Positions 1 through 14,362 of a DNA stretch of 24,000 nt are shown piece after piece. The notes beneath the pieces were generated by a model. It was given only the letters and a program-made list of their open reading frames with translations. It was not told where the DNA came from and ran no database searches. The stretch's first letter is position 1. Each line of letters opens with the position of its first letter. Source of the stretch: an uncultured Acidobacteriota bacterium (GTDB lineage: Bacteria > Acidobacteriota > Terriglobia > Acidiferrales > UBA7541); contig CAVWQK010000005.1 of assembly GCA_963757145.1 (NCBI GenBank), positions 1,390,606 to 1,414,605 on the forward strand, in the 5' to 3' direction. Both the position numbers and the translations under genes were made by a program.

Positions 1-2
1 CG

Positions 3-1484
3 ATCAGCGTCCTGCAGAACTATGCCGCGTGCGCCGACAGTGACGAGTCCGACGCGCGCAAGAAAACCGCCGCGGGCCTTTCGCAGATGGCTGAGCTCTA
101 CGCGAAGGTCGACCCGAAACTACTCGTCGCCGCGTTGCAACATCTCGGATTGCGCCTGAATGTCGAGCAGGATGCCGAGCTGCAGACGTTGGTCAGCGCC
201 GCCTTCGTGCGATTGAGCCAGCAAGCCGCCACGAGCCGCTGCTACTCCGCGATGGAGCAGGCGCTCGATCTTCTCGCTGGAGTTGAAGCGCAGCGGCCGG
301 GCACCGCGCGCACGCTCCGCTCGAAAATGGGCATCGAAGAGCGCGTCCCTGAATTTGTCGAAGAAGCCTTGCGCGCGCGGCAAGCCGCTGCGGGCCTCAC
401 GAGCGTGCTGAAGATGCTGCCGCAGACCACCATGGAGCAGCTTGCTACGCGCTTCAATCGCTGCAGTCTCCGCAACGACTCGGAACATGTCGCAAATCTT
501 GCCGCCGATTTGGGCGAGGAGGCGGTGCAGTTCCTTCGTAGCACGTTGCGCGGGGGAACGGTTACGGAAGCTGTCGAAATGGTCGGCCTGCTGTGCAAAC
601 TCGATCCTCGATCCGTCGAAGTGTTTCTCCCAGCACGGATGAAAGACTTCCCGCGCAACTCACAAGATCGTATTCTCCGCCAGATTTCCGCGAGCGGCTC
701 TCCTGGACGCTGCCGGATTCTCTTGGAACTGCTCGACCATCTCGATCCGCTGGTTATGCCGCTTGCCATCGACGAGATCGGCGTCACCGAAGATCGCGAA
801 GCGCTCGGCCGTTTGCTCACGATTGTTGACGGCGATCTGCCCGTCGGCGCGGGGACGTATCTTCGCGTGAAAGCCGTCGAAGCGCTCGGCCGCATTCAGG
901 CGCCCGAAGCCGTCACCGCGCTCAAACGTGTTCTCGAGGCGAAAAAATTCCTCGGCTTTCTTCATCCACAGGAGCTTCGCATCGCCGCGATGCAAGCGCT
1001 CGAAAAACTCGATCCCGGCTGGGCTGCCGCGTTTTTGCCGTACAGCGGGCTCGACAAGGCCGACCTTACGCTGGCTCCGCTGGCGCTCAAGCCCAACAGC
1101 AAGTTCGTCCGCCAGCGTCGCCACAAACGCGTGCGCCTAACCAAACCGGTGTTCGCCGTGAGCACCAATCTGAAAGAGGCCTGCAGCCTGCAAATCAAGA
1201 CGGCGAGCCTCTCGGGCGGCGTGGCCACGATCAGCCGCCATCTCGCGCCCGGCACACCAGTTCAACTCAAATTCCAAATCGGTCTGCGAAATCTTCAAGC
1301 CACCGCACTGATGCGCGACTATCGTGCCCAAGATATGGCGTTCGAAATTGTCGACATAACGCTGGAAGAGCGGAGCCGTCTGCGCAGGCTGCTCGCCGAC
1401 CACATGTCGTCCCGCACCGCCGCGACCGCAGAAGACGCTCTCGCTTCAGCCGAAACGCCCGTCCCAACCGGTTCGCGCGGGTAG
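3..1484 (+). CDS. HEAT-repeat-like protein with C-terminal PilZ domain; 5' end outside window
   Basis: ORF 87..1484. The same frame is open back to nt 3 (ISVLQNYAACADSDESDARKKTAAGLSQM), so the ATG at 87 is probably internal. C-terminus RRHKRVRLTKPVFAVSTN...CSLQIKTASLSGG resembles PilZ; the N-terminal part is helical-repeat-like. Confidence 0.7.
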   Translation: MSVLQNYAACADSDESDARKKTAAGLSQMAELYAKVDPKLLVAALQHLGLRLNVEQDAELQTLVSAAFVRLSQQAATSRCYSAMEQALDLLAGVEAQRPGTARTLRSKMGIEERVPEFVEEALRARQAAAGLTSVLKMLPQTTMEQLATRFNRCSLRNDSEHVANLAADLGEEAVQFLRSTLRGGTVTEAVEMVGLLCKLDPRSVEVFLPARMKDFPRNSQDRILRQISASGSPGRCRILLELLDHLDPLVMPLAIDEIGVTEDREALGRLLTIVDGDLPVGAGTYLRVKAVEALGRIQAPEAVTALKRVLEAKKFLGFLHPQELRIAAMQALEKLDPGWAAAFLPYSGLDKADLTLAPLALKPNSKFVRQRRHKRVRLTKPVFAVSTNLKEACSLQIKTASLSGGVATISRHLAPGTPVQLKFQIGLRNLQATALMRDYRAQDMAFEIVDITLEERSRLRRLLADHMSSRTAATAEDALASAETPVPTGSRG

Positions 1485-1695
1485 CAGTCAAGCTCGGATC
1501 GCCTCTCAGCGGGTCCGATCCCAATCCCGCAAAATCACGCCGATTTCGCACACGTGTGCCACATTCTTGGCGTCCGCGCATCGAAACAGATAGAATAAAG
1601 TGTTGCGCCGCTCATCAATTCCAGGTCTGCAAAGGCTCCCAGGTCTGTAAACACACGGCGCGGTCGAATACCGTCAGGAACGGCGAAGATAATTC

Positions 1696-4752
<3,057 letters not shown>

Positions 4753-4809
4753 CTTACGGTCGTTCGATGACGTTGCCCAAGATTGAGTCTTGGCACAATG
4801 TCTAGTTAC

Positions 4810-5181
4810 TGTCATTCCGAGTGAAGCGAGGAATCTGCTTTTACGGTGTCAGCATGGAGAGAACGTACTGTGTCTATATCGCGGCGAGCCGCTTTCGCAT
4901 CCCCAATGTCGGGGTAACAAGCCGACGCGTGGAACGAGTCAAAGAACACCGAGAATCAACAAGACCAAGCTTCGCCAGTCAATATCGAATGCATCGCTTA
5001 GTTTATTTCGAGACGTATCGAGACGTGAAACCCGCGATCGCTGTGAGAAAATTAAATCCTTCACCCGCGCAAAGAAAATCGCTTCAATCGAAAGCAGAAA
5101 TCCGACCTGGACCGATCTGGCGTCAGAACAATTTGCGCCATATCCAAAAACGGCAGATTCCTCGCTTCGCTCGGAATGACA
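4810..5181. mobile_element. ~372-bp inverted-repeat-flanked intergenic element (MITE/REPIN-like)
   Basis: TGTCATTCCGAGTGAAGCGAGGAATCTGC (4810-4838) and its near-perfect reverse complement GCAGATTCCTCGCTTCGCTCGGAATGACA (5153-5181), 28/29 matches, bounding sequence with no convincing gene. Confidence 0.6.
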
Positions 5182-5210
5182 AGCCTAAGAAATCTCAGGA
5201 GAACTAAGAA

Positions 5211-6053
5211 ATGCCGCCAGCACCCCAACCCCAACAACTCCCCCCGCGCCAGCCAATCCCCGGCGTGAAAAATCTGGTAGCCATCGCCAGTGGCAAAGGC
5301 GGGGTAGGCAAAACCACAGTCGCCGTAAACCTAGCCCTAGCCCTCTCAAGACTCGGCCACAAAGTCGGCCTCTTAGACGCCGACGTCTACGGCCCCAACG
5401 TCCCCATCATGCTAGGCACGCGCGAAGAGCCCCGGGCCACCCCCGAAAAGCGCATCCATCCGGTAGAAACCCAAGGCATAAAGATGATCTCCATGGGCCT
5501 GCTGAGCCCCGGCGACGCCCCCATGATCTGGCGCGGTCCGATGCTCCACAGCGTAATCACGCAATTCCTCCGCAGCGTAATCTGGGGCGAGCTTGACTAT
5601 CTCCTCATCGATCTCCCGCCCGGCACCGGCGACGTCCAACTCACGCTCATTCAAACCGTAGCCGTCACCGGCGCGGTCGTCGTCACCACGCCCTCCACCG
5701 TCGCCCTAGCCGATGTCCGCAAAGCCATCGAAATGTTCCGCCAGGTCAATGTCGAAGTCTTAGGCGTAGTCGAAAACATGAGCACCTTCGTCTGCCCCCA
5801 CTGTGCAAAACCCATCGACATCTTCGGCCACGGCGAGGGCACAAAAACCGCCATCGCCTACGGCGTCCCCACCCTCGGCGAAATCGAAATCGACCCGCGC
5901 ATCCGCATCGGCGGCGACACCGGCCAACCGGTAGCAGCCCAGGGCCAATCCTCGGCCCCAGCCAAAAGCCTCTACGCCATCGCCCAAGCCGTAACCAAAC
6001 GCCTCGACGAACTCGGCACCAGTACCCAAGGTCCACAAGTGACCATCGATTGA
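5211..6053 (+). CDS. apbC: Mrp/ApbC/NBP35-family iron-sulfur cluster carrier ATPase
   Basis: Deviant Walker [64 protein letters not shown]. Confidence 0.95.
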   Translation: MPPAPQPQQLPPRQPIPGVKNLVAIASGKGGVGKTTVAVNLALALSRLGHKVGLLDADVYGPNVPIMLGTREEPRATPEKRIHPVETQGIKMISMGLLSPGDAPMIWRGPMLHSVITQFLRSVIWGELDYLLIDLPPGTGDVQLTLIQTVAVTGAVVVTTPSTVALADVRKAIEMFRQVNVEVLGVVENMSTFVCPHCAKPIDIFGHGEGTKTAIAYGVPTLGEIEIDPRIRIGGDTGQPVAAQGQSSAPAKSLYAIAQAVTKRLDELGTSTQGPQVTID

Positions 6054-6060
6054 TAGGTTC

Positions 6061-6339
6061 ATGCCAGCACTGAAGAAATCGTTCACCGCCATGCTGCAAA
6101 AGAGCCCGAAGAAGGGTGGCTGGACGTTTGTGATTTGGCCAGAGTCGGTGGAATTTTTCGGCACGCGAGGCCTGGTCAAAGTTCGCGGCAAAGTAGACAG
6201 CCAAGAATTCCGCAGCTCTTTCATGGCGCTGGGCAATGGGAAACACAAGCTGCCCATGAAAGCCGAAATCCTGAAGGCAATCGGAAAGAAAGTCGGCGAT
6301 ACCGTCAAAGTCGTTCTCGAAGAACGACTATCGAAGTAG
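6061..6339 (+). CDS. DUF1905 domain small protein
   Basis: 92 aa; [69 protein letters not shown] fits the DUF1905 pattern. Confidence 0.8.
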   Translation: MPALKKSFTAMLQKSPKKGGWTFVIWPESVEFFGTRGLVKVRGKVDSQEFRSSFMALGNGKHKLPMKAEILKAIGKKVGDTVKVVLEERLSK

Positions 6340-6415
6340 CGAAAACGCTGAGGCTCGGCCGATTCTCGAACTCTGCGCCCGCTGTGGTAAATTTTCAAGG
6401 TCCCGTGCGACTCAA

Positions 6416-6937
6416 ATGACGATCCGCCCCTACCAAGGCAAGCGCCCTGAAATCGCGAAGTCCGCTTACATCGATCCTGCCGCCATTATTATTGGCGACG
6501 TAAAAATCGGCGAAGACTCCAGTATTTGGCCGCTCACCGTCGTTCGCGGCGATGTCCACTACATCCGCATCGGGGCCCGCACCAATATCCAGGACGGTTC
6601 GATCCTTCATGTAATGCGCGACGAATATCCGCTGATTCTCGGCGACGACGTCACCGTCGGCCACGCCGTCACGCTTCACGGCTGTACAATCGCCAATCGC
6701 TGCTTGATCGGCATGGGTTCGATCATCCTCAACGGCGTGACGATCGGAGAGGGAAGCATCGTCGCAGCGGGCGCGCTGATCCTTGAGCGAACCGCCATTC
6801 CGCCCGGCAGCCTCGTCGTCGGCCATCCCGCAAAAATCAAACGCCAGCTCACCGGCATCGACCAGGCCAGCATCGACGAATACGCCAAGCGCTACGTCAC
6901 CTACAAAAACATCTACCGCGAGGAACCCGCAGAGTGA
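6416..6937 (+). CDS. Gamma-class carbonic anhydrase / hexapeptide-repeat protein
   Basis: 173 aa left-handed beta-helix repeats; SIWPLTVVRGDVHYIRIGARTNIQDGSILH, HAVTLHGCTI, LIGMGSIILNG. Confidence 0.93.
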   Translation: MTIRPYQGKRPEIAKSAYIDPAAIIIGDVKIGEDSSIWPLTVVRGDVHYIRIGARTNIQDGSILHVMRDEYPLILGDDVTVGHAVTLHGCTIANRCLIGMGSIILNGVTIGEGSIVAAGALILERTAIPPGSLVVGHPAKIKRQLTGIDQASIDEYAKRYVTYKNIYREEPAE

Positions 6938-8577
6938 GCGAGCAAGACCAAGACAAAGCAGCCAAGCGCGCCCAGTGGGAAGAAATCAACCGCGCCAAAG
7001 CGCTAGCCCGCCAGCAGGAAAAGGATGCGGCCGACCGAGCGAAAGCCGCTCCAGCCGCGCCTCGCAAGCAATTCCAGGCGATCAAGGGCACCCGCGACTT
7101 GCTCCCTCCAGACACCGCCCTCTGGAATCACGTCGAACAAACCGCCCGCGAAGTTTTCGCCACGTTCAATTTCGGCGAAATTCGCCCGCCAATCTTCGAA
7201 CCCACAGAACTCTTCGCTCGCGCGGTAGGAGACGACACAGATATCGTCGGTAAGGAGATGTATACCTTCACCCCCGCGAGCGATAGGGTTGAATCGAGTC
7301 CGAATCTGGTGGCGTTGGGCGCCCACCTGGACAACATCAAGCGCTTATTTGACGCCGGGGAAATCCCCAAAACTCCATTCAACAAACTAGCGATCGAAGA
7401 TGCCCAGAAAACCTGGCGCGAGATTGAAAGCTTAGCAACTTCCGAAAACAAGATTCCGAAGCTGGACCGACTGGTAGTTCTTATCGAATCGATGAAGCTT
7501 GGCGATTCGATCTCGCTCCGCCCTGAAGCCACAGCGAGCGTCTGCCGCGCCTACATCGAACACTCGATGCAACAACTCCCGCAACCCGTAAAGCTCTACT
7601 ACATCGGCCCAATGTTCCGCCGCGAACGCCCGCAAAAAGGCCGGTACCGCCAGTTCTATCAAATCGGCGCGGAAGTCCTCGGCGGCCAGGACGCCCCTGC
7701 CATCGACGCCGAACTCATCGACATGCTGATGACCTTCTTCGACGAGCTCGAACTCAAAGGCCTCGAACTCGACATCAACTCCATCGGCCACAACGCCCCA
7801 AACTGCCGCCCCGCCTACGTCGCTCTCCTCAAACAAGAACTCGAAACGGTAAAAGACAAACTCGGCGAAGATTCGCGGCGCCGCATCGATACCAACCCGC
7901 TTCGCGTCCTCGATTCCAAACTCGACTTCGAACAACCCATCATTGCCACGCTCCCCAAAATCGCTGACCATCTCTGTGCCGAGTGCCAATCCCACTACGC
8001 CGCCGTGAAAAACCAACTCCAACTCCGCGGTATCTTCTACCGCGAAAACTGGCGCCTGGTCCGCGGCCTCGACTACTACATGCGCACGACGTTCGAAATC
8101 ACCGCCAAAGGTCTCGGCTCGCAAAACGCCGTCTGCGGCGGCGGCCGCTACGACGGCCTAGTCGAACTCCTAGGCGGCCCACCAACGAAAGGAATCGGCT
8201 TCGCCATCGGAGAAGACCGTCTCATCCTCTCGCTACAAGAACAGGCCCGAGAGGGCGCCAGCGAAGCGAGCGCACTAGCCACTAATCTTCAGTCACTCGA
8301 CCTCTTCATCGCCTGGATGGGCCACAACACCTATGCCACCGCAGTCCGCGCCGCCAAAGACCTCCGCAACGCCGGCTTCAGCGTAGAAGTTCCCCCCACC
8401 GAACTGAAATTCGGCAAAGCCCTGGGCCAAGCCGACAAACTAGGCGCAAAATTCGCCCTGATCCTCGGCGAAAACGAAGTAAGCGAAGGCCTCTGGACGT
8501 TAAAGACTCTGTCCGACGGCGCCCAAGTGAAACTAACCGAACCCGACCTAATCGCGCACCTTCGCCAAAATCTCTAA
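6934..8577 (+). CDS. hisS: Histidyl-tRNA synthetase, with N-terminal extension and internal insertion
   Basis: KGTRDLLPPD, SLRPEATASVCRAYIEH, FYQIGAEVLGG, GLVRGLDYYMRTTFEI-like, AVCGGGRYDGLVE. GTG start overlaps the upstream stop. Confidence 0.95.
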   Translation: MSEQDQDKAAKRAQWEEINRAKALARQQEKDAADRAKAAPAAPRKQFQAIKGTRDLLPPDTALWNHVEQTAREVFATFNFGEIRPPIFEPTELFARAVGDDTDIVGKEMYTFTPASDRVESSPNLVALGAHLDNIKRLFDAGEIPKTPFNKLAIEDAQKTWREIESLATSENKIPKLDRLVVLIESMKLGDSISLRPEATASVCRAYIEHSMQQLPQPVKLYYIGPMFRRERPQKGRYRQFYQIGAEVLGGQDAPAIDAELIDMLMTFFDELELKGLELDINSIGHNAPNCRPAYVALLKQELETVKDKLGEDSRRRIDTNPLRVLDSKLDFEQPIIATLPKIADHLCAECQSHYAAVKNQLQLRGIFYRENWRLVRGLDYYMRTTFEITAKGLGSQNAVCGGGRYDGLVELLGGPPTKGIGFAIGEDRLILSLQEQAREGASEASALATNLQSLDLFIAWMGHNTYATAVRAAKDLRNAGFSVEVPPTELKFGKALGQADKLGAKFALILGENEVSEGLWTLKTLSDGAQVKLTEPDLIAHLRQNL

Positions 8578-8769
8578 TCCCTCCGCAGCGCGATCCTCGC
8601 GGCTCCTAGGGCGTCGCTTCAGCGCGCCGAGGCAACCGAACTCCGCGTCTCGTCGCCAAATTCCTCGCTTTTTCCTCCGGCCTCCACTCGATCACACGCT
8701 GCAAACTCCCCCTCCCCCAGTTACAATAGTCCAGCACCAACGACGCTCCCAAACAAAGGACCATGCTCC

Positions 8770-10554
<1,785 letters not shown>

Positions 10555-10562
10555 AGTTCGGG

Positions 10563-10582
10563 GTCGGACCTTTAGATCCGAC
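10563..10582. repeat. REP-like palindrome upstream of the RAYT gene
   Basis: GTCGGA CCTTTAGA TCCGAC; same core as the 11121-11146 palindrome. Confidence 0.6.
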
Positions 10583-10603
10583 ATGGTTGCCAGGAGCGAG
10601 AAA

Positions 10604-10617
10604 GGGGCTTTAGCCCC
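10604..10617. repeat. Short palindrome GGGGC-TTTA-GCCCC
   Basis: Perfect 5-bp stem adjacent to the RAYT gene start. Confidence 0.5.
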
Positions 10618-10631
10618 TGAGGAAAAATGTT

Positions 10632-11177
10632 ATGGGGCGACTGACACACCGAACGGCTCCTGGATGGACCTACTTTGTAACCACCAAAGCATGGCAAAAT
10701 GTCGCAGTATTCCAAGTCGCAGCAATAGCGGAAGTTCTCCTTGCAAAATTGTGGGAATATCGAAACCGGAAAAACTACCCGCTCCACGAATTTGTTCTGA
10801 TGCCCAACCACTTGCACGTAGTGCTCACGCCCTCCAGCACAACAACTCTTCAGAAGGCCATGAACCTGATCAAAGGGAGGAGTTCTCATCCGATCAACCG
10901 CGTGCGTCAAAGCAATATGCAAATCTGGCAATCAGGTTTCCATGAATCCAGAATCCGAGATGCCGCCGACGATCAGAAAAGAGCCGACTACATCTGCTTT
11001 AACTCTGTCGTTGCCAAGCTAGTCGAGAATCCAATCGATGGACTCTTCAGTTCCGCCAGCGGAAAATACGAACTCGACCCGATTCCTCAGGGACTGAAGC
11101 TCCTCACGAACGCCTCCAAAGGTGTCGGACCTGAAGGTCCGACACCCACGGCGAACGTCAGATCGGCGGGCGCATGA
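10632..11177 (+). CDS. REP-associated tyrosine transposase (RAYT, IS200/Y1-like)
   Basis: FVTTKAWQN...AKLWEYRNRKNYPLHEFVLMPNHLHVVLTP (HxH), LIKGRSSHPINRVRQSNMQIWQSGFHESRIRD. Confidence 0.9.
   Translation: MGRLTHRTAPGWTYFVTTKAWQNVAVFQVAAIAEVLLAKLWEYRNRKNYPLHEFVLMPNHLHVVLTPSSTTTLQKAMNLIKGRSSHPINRVRQSNMQIWQSGFHESRIRDAADDQKRADYICFNSVVAKLVENPIDGLFSSASGKYELDPIPQGLKLLTNASKGVGPEGPTPTANVRSAGA
11121..11146. repeat. REP-like 11-bp perfect palindrome at the 3' end of the RAYT ORF
   Basis: GGTGTCGGACC TGAA GGTCCGACACC. Confidence 0.75.
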
Positions 11178-13258
11178 GCCGCATCCGCATCCTCCCGGAA
11201 GCTGTCGCCAACCGCATCGCCGCGGGCGAAGTCGTCGAGCGCCCGGCCTCCGTCGTTAAAGAACTGCTGGAAAACGCCATCGACGCCGGTGCCACTGCGA
11301 TCCGCGTCGAAGTCGAATCCGGCGGCAAGCGCATGATCCGCGTCATCGACGACGGCCACGGCATGACGCACGACGACGCGCTCCTGGCGTTCGAGCGCCA
11401 CGCCACCAGCAAACTAAAATCCGCCGACGATCTCACATCGATCGCCACTCTAGGCTTCCGCGGTGAAGCCATGCCGACGATCGCCGCCGTCTCGCGCCTG
11501 CTCCTCGAAACGCGCGACGCCGTCGAGCCCGAAGGCGTCCGCGTAGAATTCGCCGCCGGAAAATTAGTCGGCGTAAAATCCGCCGGCCTCCCTGCAGGCA
11601 CCTCCGTCAGCGTCGCCGATCTTTTCTACAGCGTCCCCGCCCGCCGCAAATTCCTGAAATCCGAAACCACCGAGCTCGGCCACATCGCATCCCTAGTCAC
11701 CCACTACGCCCTCGCCAATCCTGGCAAACAATTCGTCCTTACCACGCCCACGCAACAAATCATCGACTGCGCTCCCGTCGAACGTCTCGCCGACCGCATC
11801 TACCAACTCTTCGGCAAGCAATCGCTCGACGAACTCGTCGAAATCCCCACCGCCAGCGCCGCGTTCCGCGCCGCAATCACCGAGCCCGAACTCGAACCCA
11901 ACCAAGAAAGCGCCCGCATCAGCGTCTACGGTTTTACGTCACGCCCCGAAATCCAGCGACCCAATCGCAACGGCATCTACGTGTTCGTCAATCGCCGTCT
12001 CGTGCGCGACCGCCTCATCCTGCACGCGATCCACGAAGCCTATCGCAACATTCTTCCCGGCAATGTTTTCCCCGCGACGCTCCTTTTCCTCGAAATGCCC
12101 TACGACGAAGTTGACGTCAACGTCCACCCCGCAAAAATCGAAGTCCGCTTCCGGCGCTCGCAATTCGTCCACGACTTCACGCGCGATTCAATCCGCCAAG
12201 TCCTGATGTCCGCGCGCTCCGTCCAAAGTTTCGCTGCTGCAGCCGCAGGCTCCGCCACCGCCGCGGCCATGAGTCCCGGCGTGTCCGCAGCCTACGCAGT
12301 CGCAAACGCCAGCTCAGCGCAACCCGCGATCGGCGACGGCACCGCAGGTAACGGCGCGTCGTCGGTGCCCAATCCCGCCAGCGCAACATTCGTCCCGCGC
12401 GCCGCAATCCCGGCGTTAGAAGACGTCGGCCTAGGTTCCGGCGCAGGCTCCGATAGCGGCTTCGACCTCACCTCCACCCCACTCCGCCCAGTCCCGCAAC
12501 GCTTCTCGTTCGAAACCGGCGAAACTTTCGCCGCCGGATCTGCGGTTGGTTCCGCATCGCCGCTGGCAGTGCCGGCATCCTTGACGGCTTCCGGCCCCGT
12601 GGGCTCCAACTGGGCCGCCAACTTCGCCGCTGCAAACGGAAACGGCGAAGCCCCCGCTCGCCTCCCACACCCCGACGAAATCGCCGACCTAAAGCCTTTG
12701 GGCCAAGTCAGCGCCAGTTTCATCATCGCCGTCAACGGCGAAGGACTCTGGATCGTCGACCAGCACGTAGCTCACGAACGCGTCCTCTTCGAGCAGCACC
12801 TCGAAGCCCGCCGCGCAGGCAAAGTCGAAGGCCAGCGCATGTTACTGCCGATGATTCTCGAACTGTCCCCCCGCCAGCTAGTCATCTACGAAAAAATCGC
12901 AGCCGAACTTTCCGAAAACGGCTTTGAAGTCGAACCGATGGGCCCACGCAGCGTAGCGATCCAAGCCGTCCCCGCAGGCGTCACCGGTAACGACGCCGAA
13001 AAACTCCTCACCGAAATCCTCGATGGCATTGAGCGCGAAAACGCCGCCATCTCCATCGAAACGCTGCAAGCCAAAATCGCCGCCAGCACCGCCTGTCACG
13101 CCGCGATCAAAGTCAACATGCCCCTCGATCAAACAAAAATGGAATGGCTCCTGGCCGCCCTAGCCAAAACTGACTGCCCCATGAGCTGCCCCCACGGCCG
13201 CCCAGTCGTCCTCCGCTACTCCGTAAAAGAAATCGAGCGCGCTTTCCACCGCATCTGA
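11174..13258 (+). CDS. mutL: DNA mismatch repair protein MutL
   Basis: IRILPEAVANRIAAGEVVERPASVVKELLENAIDAGA, DDGHGM, TLGFRGEAMPTIAAVSRL, C-terminal DQHVAHERVLFEQ, ACHAAIKVN, CPMSCPHGRPVVLR. Confidence 0.98.
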   Translation: MSRIRILPEAVANRIAAGEVVERPASVVKELLENAIDAGATAIRVEVESGGKRMIRVIDDGHGMTHDDALLAFERHATSKLKSADDLTSIATLGFRGEAMPTIAAVSRLLLETRDAVEPEGVRVEFAAGKLVGVKSAGLPAGTSVSVADLFYSVPARRKFLKSETTELGHIASLVTHYALANPGKQFVLTTPTQQIIDCAPVERLADRIYQLFGKQSLDELVEIPTASAAFRAAITEPELEPNQESARISVYGFTSRPEIQRPNRNGIYVFVNRRLVRDRLILHAIHEAYRNILPGNVFPATLLFLEMPYDEVDVNVHPAKIEVRFRRSQFVHDFTRDSIRQVLMSARSVQSFAAAAAGSATAAAMSPGVSAAYAVANASSAQPAIGDGTAGNGASSVPNPASATFVPRAAIPALEDVGLGSGAGSDSGFDLTSTPLRPVPQRFSFETGETFAAGSAVGSASPLAVPASLTASGPVGSNWAANFAAANGNGEAPARLPHPDEIADLKPLGQVSASFIIAVNGEGLWIVDQHVAHERVLFEQHLEARRAGKVEGQRMLLPMILELSPRQLVIYEKIAAELSENGFEVEPMGPRSVAIQAVPAGVTGNDAEKLLTEILDGIERENAAISIETLQAKIAASTACHAAIKVNMPLDQTKMEWLLAALAKTDCPMSCPHGRPVVLRYSVKEIERAFHRI

Positions 13259-13351
13259 CCGTGTCGGCAAGATTAGGTACCGGCGCAGCTGCTTTACGCT
13301 GAGCCGCCAACGGTGCGCCCCAGCTTGCCCGGGCCGTAATCCTCACCTCCA

Positions 13352-13380
13352 TTTTCGCTTCCGCCGCAACCACGTATAAT
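13352..13380 (+). promoter_or_regulatory. Candidate fabI promoter
   Basis: Consensus -10 TATAAT at 13375-13380 about 30 nt before the fabI ATG; -35 region (TTTTCG, 13352-13357) is weak. Confidence 0.4.
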
Positions 13381-13409
13381 CTTCACGCACAAACGACCAC
13401 GGAGACGCA

Positions 13410-14174
13410 ATGACCGAAACAAAAAAAACCGCCGTAATCTTCGGCCTCGCGAACAAACGCAGCATCGCCTGGGCCATCGCGCAAAAACTCCACGCCGACG
13501 GCTGGCAGCTCGCCATCACCTATCAAAATCAACGCCTCGAGCTCGAAGCCAGAGACCTGATCGCGGAACTGCCAGGTGCCGCCGGCTTCATGTGCGACGT
13601 GACGCAGGACGATCAAATCACCAATCTTTTCCAGCAGCTCCAGGAAAAGTACGACGTATTGCACGGCCTCGTACACAGCATCGGGTTTGCGCCCGAAAGC
13701 GATTTGAAGGGGGAATTCGTCAATACCACGCGCGACGGATTCCGCATCGCGCACGACATCAGCGTCTACTCGCTGATCGCTGTGTCGCGCGGAGCGCTAC
13801 CCTTGATGACGTCGGGCGGCGGGATCGTCACGCTCACATACTACGGCGCGGAAAAGGTCGTGCCACGATACAACGTCATGGGAGTCGCGAAGGCGGCTCT
13901 GGAAGCGACAGTGCGTTATTTGGCCTACGACCTGGGAGCGAAGGCGATCCGTGTTAACGCCATTTCTGCAGGGCCGATCAAGTCCTTGGCATCGCGAGGG
14001 ATATCCGGCTTTGGCGAGATGTTGAAGACGCAGATTGAGCGCGCGCCGCTCAAACGCAACGTCGATCCCGCCGAAGTCGGCACGACCGCCGCGTTCCTCC
14101 TCTCCGAGGGCGGTTCCGGCATCACCGGCGAAACCATCTACGTCGATTGTGGCTACAACATCATGGGCTTCTAG
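13410..14174 (+). CDS. fabI: Enoyl-[acyl-carrier-protein] reductase (FabI type)
   Basis: VIFGLANKRSIAWAIAQKL, HSIGFAP, LTYYGAEKVVPRYNVMGVAKAALEATVRYLAYDLG, VNAISAGPIKSLAS. Confidence 0.96.
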   Translation: MTETKKTAVIFGLANKRSIAWAIAQKLHADGWQLAITYQNQRLELEARDLIAELPGAAGFMCDVTQDDQITNLFQQLQEKYDVLHGLVHSIGFAPESDLKGEFVNTTRDGFRIAHDISVYSLIAVSRGALPLMTSGGGIVTLTYYGAEKVVPRYNVMGVAKAALEATVRYLAYDLGAKAIRVNAISAGPIKSLASRGISGFGEMLKTQIERAPLKRNVDPAEVGTTAAFLLSEGGSGITGETIYVDCGYNIMGF

Positions 14175-14186
14175 CTCCTCCTGGTG

Positions 14187-14223
14187 CCGCATCCTCCTGA
14201 TTTTAGGAGGATGCGGGTTTTCC
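14187..14223 (+). terminator. Rho-independent-like terminator after fabI
   Basis: Perfect 12-bp stem CCGCATCCTCCT / AGGAGGATGCGG (14187-14198 / 14205-14216), loop GATTTT, followed by GTTTT. Confidence 0.75.
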
Positions 14224-14362
14224 GCTCCGCAGTCATCGTTGCTTAATCGCTGGGTGCCCAAGTTCGATTTCTGAACCTGGGTCTCTCTTTCTGCATTCCC
14301 CTCATTGCGTCTTCCTTCCGCTGTCCTCTCCACGTAAGATATCCCCGGCCAATCTCTCTCGA

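Noticed and set aside
4821-5207. ORFs 4790..5179 and 4821..5207 as genes
   Set aside because: They span the inverted-repeat element with no recognisable domain; the terminal codons are the repeat itself.
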